A stretch of 62,743 nt of DNA, counting the filler, from Aduncisulcus paluster (lineage: Eukaryota), in the NCBI GenBank assembly GCA_024181965.1. It is 8 parts of 8 records of this genome, joined end to end, with 100 filler letters (N's around TTAATTAATTAA, not from the genome) between each part and the next. Parts side by side here need not be neighbours in the genome. Positions count along the whole stretch, not along the records: positions 54,459 to 62,743 come from BQXS01012346.1; 7 more parts are not named here. The stretch is one strand, 5' to 3'. Position 1 is the first letter of the stretch; the number at the start of each line of letters is the position of its first letter. The notes below the pieces were generated by a model, which had not been told where the DNA came from, ran no database searches, and saw only the letters and a list, made by a program, of their open reading frames with translations. Positions 60,770-62,743 of this stretch are shown one piece after another. The position numbers and the translations under genes are program-made.

Positions 60770-61221
60770 TCTTAAGCAGGGAAATCCGCAAAAGTTTTGG
60801 AATCTCTTGGTATGATTAATTAAAATAATTTTCGACAGAAGAATGAAAATTAAATTTCTATTTACTCCGGTTTTAATCGGATTATATTAGTTTTTATACA
60901 TTGTATACGATTTGGGCAGAACGTTTCGTTTGCAAGTCTAATTTAAAAAAAATTACAAAACAGATTAATAATTCTAAAAAAAAATTTCCTTTTGTAAAGA
61001 TTAGAAAACATGCCTATAATATTAATTGTGTATGCAACCTTTTAGCTCAATTGGCCAAATTTTTGCCAAATCCTATTTATTCAAATTACAATTACCCCAA
61101 TATGAACTATTTCTTGAGCCTAATAATTGAAATATTATGTTATTCAGCTTGAATTATGTGATTTTCGTTCTCACGATTTATTCTATTCAATAGATAATGT
61201 CTATGGTTTCCTCAATATTCT

Positions 61222-62108
61222 TGATAAAGGAACGAATTTCATGTAACACAATATCTTGTGAGCAATGACATACTTTTATTGATTTGCTTCCATTCTATGC
61301 TGACCATTCGATAACTTCAAGTTATGACAAGTTGTCAAGTTGAACTTTCATATTCTTCATTTGAACAATATTTTTCCAAATATTTCTGGAATATCACGAT
61401 AAAAACAGAGCTTAAACTCATTGCAATTCGAAGTTCATGGCATTATGTTTGTTATTGTGTGTCAATGCTATCTGTTTGGTTCTCGAACCTTTTCACACAT
61501 TATTGTTCTTTTTATTGACATAAAACTGAACTTAAACGTTTGATATTTGCCATACTACTCCCTTAAATACTGCTACAAACTAAAAACACTCAACTCTCTG
61601 CTTCTGATTGTTGATCCTGGTTTCCACCCATTGTCTCTGAAAGTAATTACCAAATTGGCACACCTGCCCCTCGCTTAACTCATTTGAATCTCGAATAACG
61701 CATCAATAACACCAATAACATCAATAACATCAATGTTATTCCCCAATCTGTGTGTCACATCATCTTATTCTTGGATGGTGATTCTCGATTCGTGATCTTT
61801 CCTTTCTTCTGTCAAATCCAAGCTTTTCCCTTCTCTCTCTCTCTCTGAACAGTTCAAACAACATAAGAAGAGAACTTGATCTGCCCAATGAACTTGATTC
61901 TTTTATTTTCTGCCAATCTATGTAGTAAATTTCCCCCCTTTTACCCCCATCCGTGGGGGTCCCCCCTGTACGGTGGTTGCACTGTACATTTCTTTATTAT
62001 ATTTTTTTCCCAAAAAAACAAACAAACAAAAAAATACACAAACTTTCCACCGGCGGTGGCTGAGAAAAGTGGGGGAACCTCTATCGAAAAAATATTTGAT
62101 ATTTGCAT
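61222..62108 (-). repeat. ~0.9-kb dispersed repeat, copy 2
   Basis: Reverse complement of 26440-27323 with substitutions and small indels. Confidence 0.9.
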
Positions 62109-62344
62109 GCTTTCTTGCTAAGTTGATTTTGGCACTCATTATTATGTGCCCTTTTTTATTGAGAAAATATCTTGCCCGATTTTCAGGTTCACCGTTGTTA
62201 AACGGGAAAATATAAATTTTATTGGATAATAATAAAATTTTCAAAATATATTTGTTAATAATTTAGCAAAATAATATGTTTTGATTATTTTTTTCTTTCG
62301 TTTGCAACTTTTTAAATATTTTGTCGTTTTTGTCACAAGACAAA

Positions 62345-62743
62345 ATGGAATCCTTCCAAAAGTTGGTCAAAGACAACTTATTGAAGGAATTGAAGGAGTT
62401 TGAAGAGGAAAGTCTTGCGTTAGCCTCACAACTCACAGCAGCAACAAAAGAGAGGGAAGAAGCCGGTGTTTTACTTTTCAAAAGACAAGGTGAAGTTGCA
62501 TCTCTTACTGAAAGCATTGCTACCACTGACCAATACATCGAGGAGTTCAAAGAAAAAGAGCGAACAGTCTTGGGAGAAAAACAACGTGCTCTAGCCGAAC
62601 ATGAAGAACTTCAACGTAATATACATGACCAAAAAGCATCTTTAAAGAGAACAGAAGGCGAATTGCAAAAGCTGACTGAAAGAAAAGATCAAATATCTCG
62701 GTATTGTGAAGAAGTGGATAGTGCTTCCCTTATAGCTCAGAGA
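62345..62743 (+). CDS. CCDC40: CCDC40-like axonemal coiled-coil protein, 3'-partial (absent from the ORF track)
   Basis: My translation MESFQKLVKDNL...KEREEAGVLLFKRQGEVASL...ELQKL...QISRYCEEV...IAQR resembles the CCDC40 R.ExGV.LY..Q..LA.L motif. Confidence 0.6.
   Translation, partial: MESFQKLVKDNLLKELKEFEEESLALASQLTAATKEREEAGVLLFKRQGEVASLTESIATTDQYIEEFKEKERTVLGEKQRALAEHEELQRNIHDQKASLKRTEGELQKLTERKDQISRYCEEVDSASLIAQR

Noticed and set aside
1..62743. CRISPR array, rRNA, tRNA, TnpB/Fanzor
   Set aside because: No repeat-spacer array, rRNA/tRNA signature or RuvC motif seen by eye; a covariance-model scan was not possible.

Overview
AT-rich eukaryotic (protist) genomic DNA. It is made of 8 contigs joined by artificial 100-nt linkers (N44-TTAATTAATTAA-N44), plus one 20-N gap, so adjacency across linkers is not evidence of linkage. 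Short spliceosomal introns with invariant GTATGT donors, GAA/TCT-rich coding DNA, a CCDC40-like flagellar gene, a nitroreductase and an expanded ~180-aa repeat domain suggest a free-living fornicate metamonad (the repeat family recalls Aduncisulcus paluster; this is inference from memory, not a search). Recognisable genes: WDR11-like, ARID-domain proteins with a shared LRR-like C-terminus, a Mei2-like RRM protein, a nitroreductase, a secreted beta-amylase (GH14), a full-length ZNFX1-like helicase with a truncated paralogue, an EGF-repeat membrane protein and a CCDC40-like coiled-coil. Mobile or foreign DNA: a Ty3/Gypsy gag-pol with a candidate LTR, Mutator-like remnants, a ~0.9-kb dispersed repeat, a 185-bp structured insertion with a 12-bp direct repeat, and a decayed bacterial-type Rpn PD-(D/E)XK nuclease gene carrying an NLS-like motif. 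The best candidate novel system is the uncharacterised ~180-aa domain: 8 intact copies in 3 genes plus a relic, encoded one domain per phase-0 exon in one gene and fused as a triplet to tandem protein kinases in another.
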